A DNA stretch of 26,103 nt from positions 1-26,103 of IMG/VR virus record IMGVR_UViG_3300017754_002221; one strand, written 5' to 3'. The notes below the pieces were generated by a model. The model ran no database searches. It had not been told where the DNA came from and worked only from the letters and a program-made list of their open reading frames with translations. Each line of letters starts with the position of its first letter. The first letter of the stretch is position 1. Below are positions 24,507-26,103 of this stretch, piece after piece. Made by a program: the position numbers and the translations under genes. The stretch is from a virus. Its lineage: Duplodnaviria; Caudoviricetes.

Positions 24507-25702
24507 TGCCAAGAAAGATAAAAGACGTAACAAAAGATTATTTAGTAAATGTTCCTCTGCCAAATCATGCAGATACATATACTGTAATATCACATCAATC
24601 AATTATTGATTATGCATATACAGAACTTGCAAATCACGGTTTCACCGTTGTAAGTGAAGAATATCGTGCTACTCACGATGGTCAAATAGCTCAAGGAATA
24701 CATAAGCTTCAGTTCAATTCTGATCCTGAAATGTCTTTAATGTTTGCCTGGGCTAATAGTTATAACAAACAAATTAGATTTAAGTGTGCTATAGGTGGTT
24801 ATGTTAATAATAACAAGACCGTAATGATTGGAGGTGAAATGGGAAGCTATGCTAGAAAGCATACAGGTACAGCAGATGCTGATACAATTGCTTCTATGAA
24901 GTCTCAGATTACTAATGCACAAATGTATTATACTCAGCTTTTGTGGGATAAGGATATGATGAAAACAATCTTTATCAATAGCAAGAGACAAGCTGAGTTA
25001 CTCGGTGTTCTGTTTGCAGAATATGAAATTCTAAATACAGAACAAGCAAGTATTGTAAGACAAGAAATGGATAAGCCTAGCTTCTTCTATAATGGTGGAT
25101 CAGATACCTTATGGGCTTTCTATAACCATGTCACTGTAGCACTTCAACAATCTCATCCAAGAAGTTGGATGGAGGATCAGAGAATGCTACACTGGGTTAT
25201 TACAAATGAGTTTGATTTATCTGCACAACCTGCAGTAGATATGGCACCAGTAGAAATTACAGAGCCTTTACAGGATCCTTTGTATGAAGTACCTAATCAG
25301 ACTAACATCTTAGATCAGATTGAAGAACTTGAGCAAGCTCAATATCCTCTTACTCCAGATGATGCTTTTGATACAGAAGCTGCTCCAGAACCAACAGAAG
25401 AGGAAATAGCTGCTGCTAATAAAGCTTGGGGTATAGAACCACAAGATGAAATTGTGCAATATACTGATCCAGTAGGTAATACATTTGAAGCTCCTATAGT
25501 TGAAGAAAAATCTTTTAATGATGTATTAGGAGAGGCTATGATAGCAAAGGTAAACTTTGTAGAGGTAGCAACTCCATTTTCTTTAGAGCCTACACCAGAG
25601 GATGTAGAACAATATGAAAAAGAAATGCAGGATGATTTCTTATCTATAGGATTTAACTTTGATTTAGATGATGATAATGAAGAAGGAAGTGACTTCTTCT
25701 AA
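24506..25702 (+). CDS. DUF932-like protein with a long acidic tail
   Basis: YTVISH, ANSYNK, RKHTG, TLWAFYNHVT pattern; about 155 aa of E/D/P-rich C-terminus. Confidence 0.7.
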   Translation: MPRKIKDVTKDYLVNVPLPNHADTYTVISHQSIIDYAYTELANHGFTVVSEEYRATHDGQIAQGIHKLQFNSDPEMSLMFAWANSYNKQIRFKCAIGGYVNNNKTVMIGGEMGSYARKHTGTADADTIASMKSQITNAQMYYTQLLWDKDMMKTIFINSKRQAELLGVLFAEYEILNTEQASIVRQEMDKPSFFYNGGSDTLWAFYNHVTVALQQSHPRSWMEDQRMLHWVITNEFDLSAQPAVDMAPVEITEPLQDPLYEVPNQTNILDQIEELEQAQYPLTPDDAFDTEAAPEPTEEEIAAANKAWGIEPQDEIVQYTDPVGNTFEAPIVEEKSFNDVLGEAMIAKVNFVEVATPFSLEPTPEDVEQYEKEMQDDFLSIGFNFDLDDDNEEGSDFF

Positions 25703-25740
25703 AGATGCTGGTATGTACGTACTAGTTTTAAAATGACAAC

Positions 25741-25774
25741 AAGGGAGGACTTTCGGGTTCTCCCTTTTTTTTTT
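25741..25774 (+). terminator. Intrinsic terminator
   Basis: AAGGGAGGACT-TTCG-GGTTCTCCCTT with a long T-run. Confidence 0.88.
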
Positions 25775-25785
25775 AAATTTGATTC

Positions 25786-26103
25786 ATGAAAAAACAATTA
25801 GAGGCAGTAGAAAAATTCCATGATGCTTTCGGACAAGAGAATGGAAAATATCCTAGACCATTAACAATAGAAGAGTATGAACTTAGATATAAGTTAATGG
25901 CTGAGGAGAATTATGAATATAAAGAAGCATGTGAAGCTAATTCACTAGTAGAAATTGCAGATGCATTAGGTGATCAGTTATATATCCTCTGTGGAACTAT
26001 TCTTAAACACGGTATGCAACATATTATAGAAGATGTATTTGATGAAATACAAGCTAGTAATATGAGTAAACTAGGTGAAGATGGTAAACCTCTACTTAGA
26101 GAT
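25786..26103 (+). CDS. MazG-like / PRA-PH all-alpha nucleotide pyrophosphohydrolase (dUTPase-like), 3' truncated by the window
   Basis: Read manually: MKKQLEAVEKFHDAFG...LMAEENYEY...VEIADALGDQLY...EIQASNMSK; ExxE...ExxD metal motif. Confidence 0.88.
   Translation, partial: MKKQLEAVEKFHDAFGQENGKYPRPLTIEEYELRYKLMAEENYEYKEACEANSLVEIADALGDQLYILCGTILKHGMQHIIEDVFDEIQASNMSKLGEDGKPLLRD

Noticed and set aside
820-24991. Minus-strand and nested ORFs in the track (820-1017, 840-1022, 8840-9157, 10664-10879, 11079-11333, 11683-11877, 15162-15347, 16454-16669, 17344-17559, 20018-20233, 20223-20408, 21988-22275, 24737-24991)
   Set aside because: They are shadows of well-supported + strand genes, mostly with F/S/L/I-rich antisense composition and no motifs.

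Overview
AT-rich, gene-dense window that is almost entirely on the + strand. It reads as the DNA replication, recombination and nucleotide-metabolism region of a dsDNA phage. The host is probably Bacteroidota: Shine-Dalgarno sites are largely absent, promoters resemble TAnnTTTG, the ClpS is Bacteroidota-type, and signal peptides are cleaved before Gln. Recognisable genes are an SF2 helicase, ClpS, tRNA-Arg(UCU), a GH73 glucosaminidase, UNG, a DnaB-like helicase, a Sak4-like ATPase with a putative SSB, a Toprim primase, a DUF2201-type metallopeptidase-vWA protein with a MoxR-like AAA+ ATPase, a PD-(D/E)XK exonuclease, a family B DNA polymerase, a DUF932-like protein and a MazG-like pyrophosphatase. 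The most notable observations are: (1) a 900-bp intron-less GIY-YIG homing element inserted in the helicase Walker A codons, which leaves a 29-aa stub of the old N-terminus and supplies a diverged replacement N-terminus, and whose nuclease now carries a nonsense codon; (2) three consecutive genes ending in the same 17-bp repeat / K[IT]ED C-terminal peptide; (3) a motif ExLxxM[LF]xSxDx[DE]NxxVA shared by three otherwise unrelated proteins, two of which flank the vWA-peptidase/AAA+ pair; (4) promoter-overlapping hairpins in front of both free-standing endonucleases. All family assignments come from motif recognition by eye; no searches were run.
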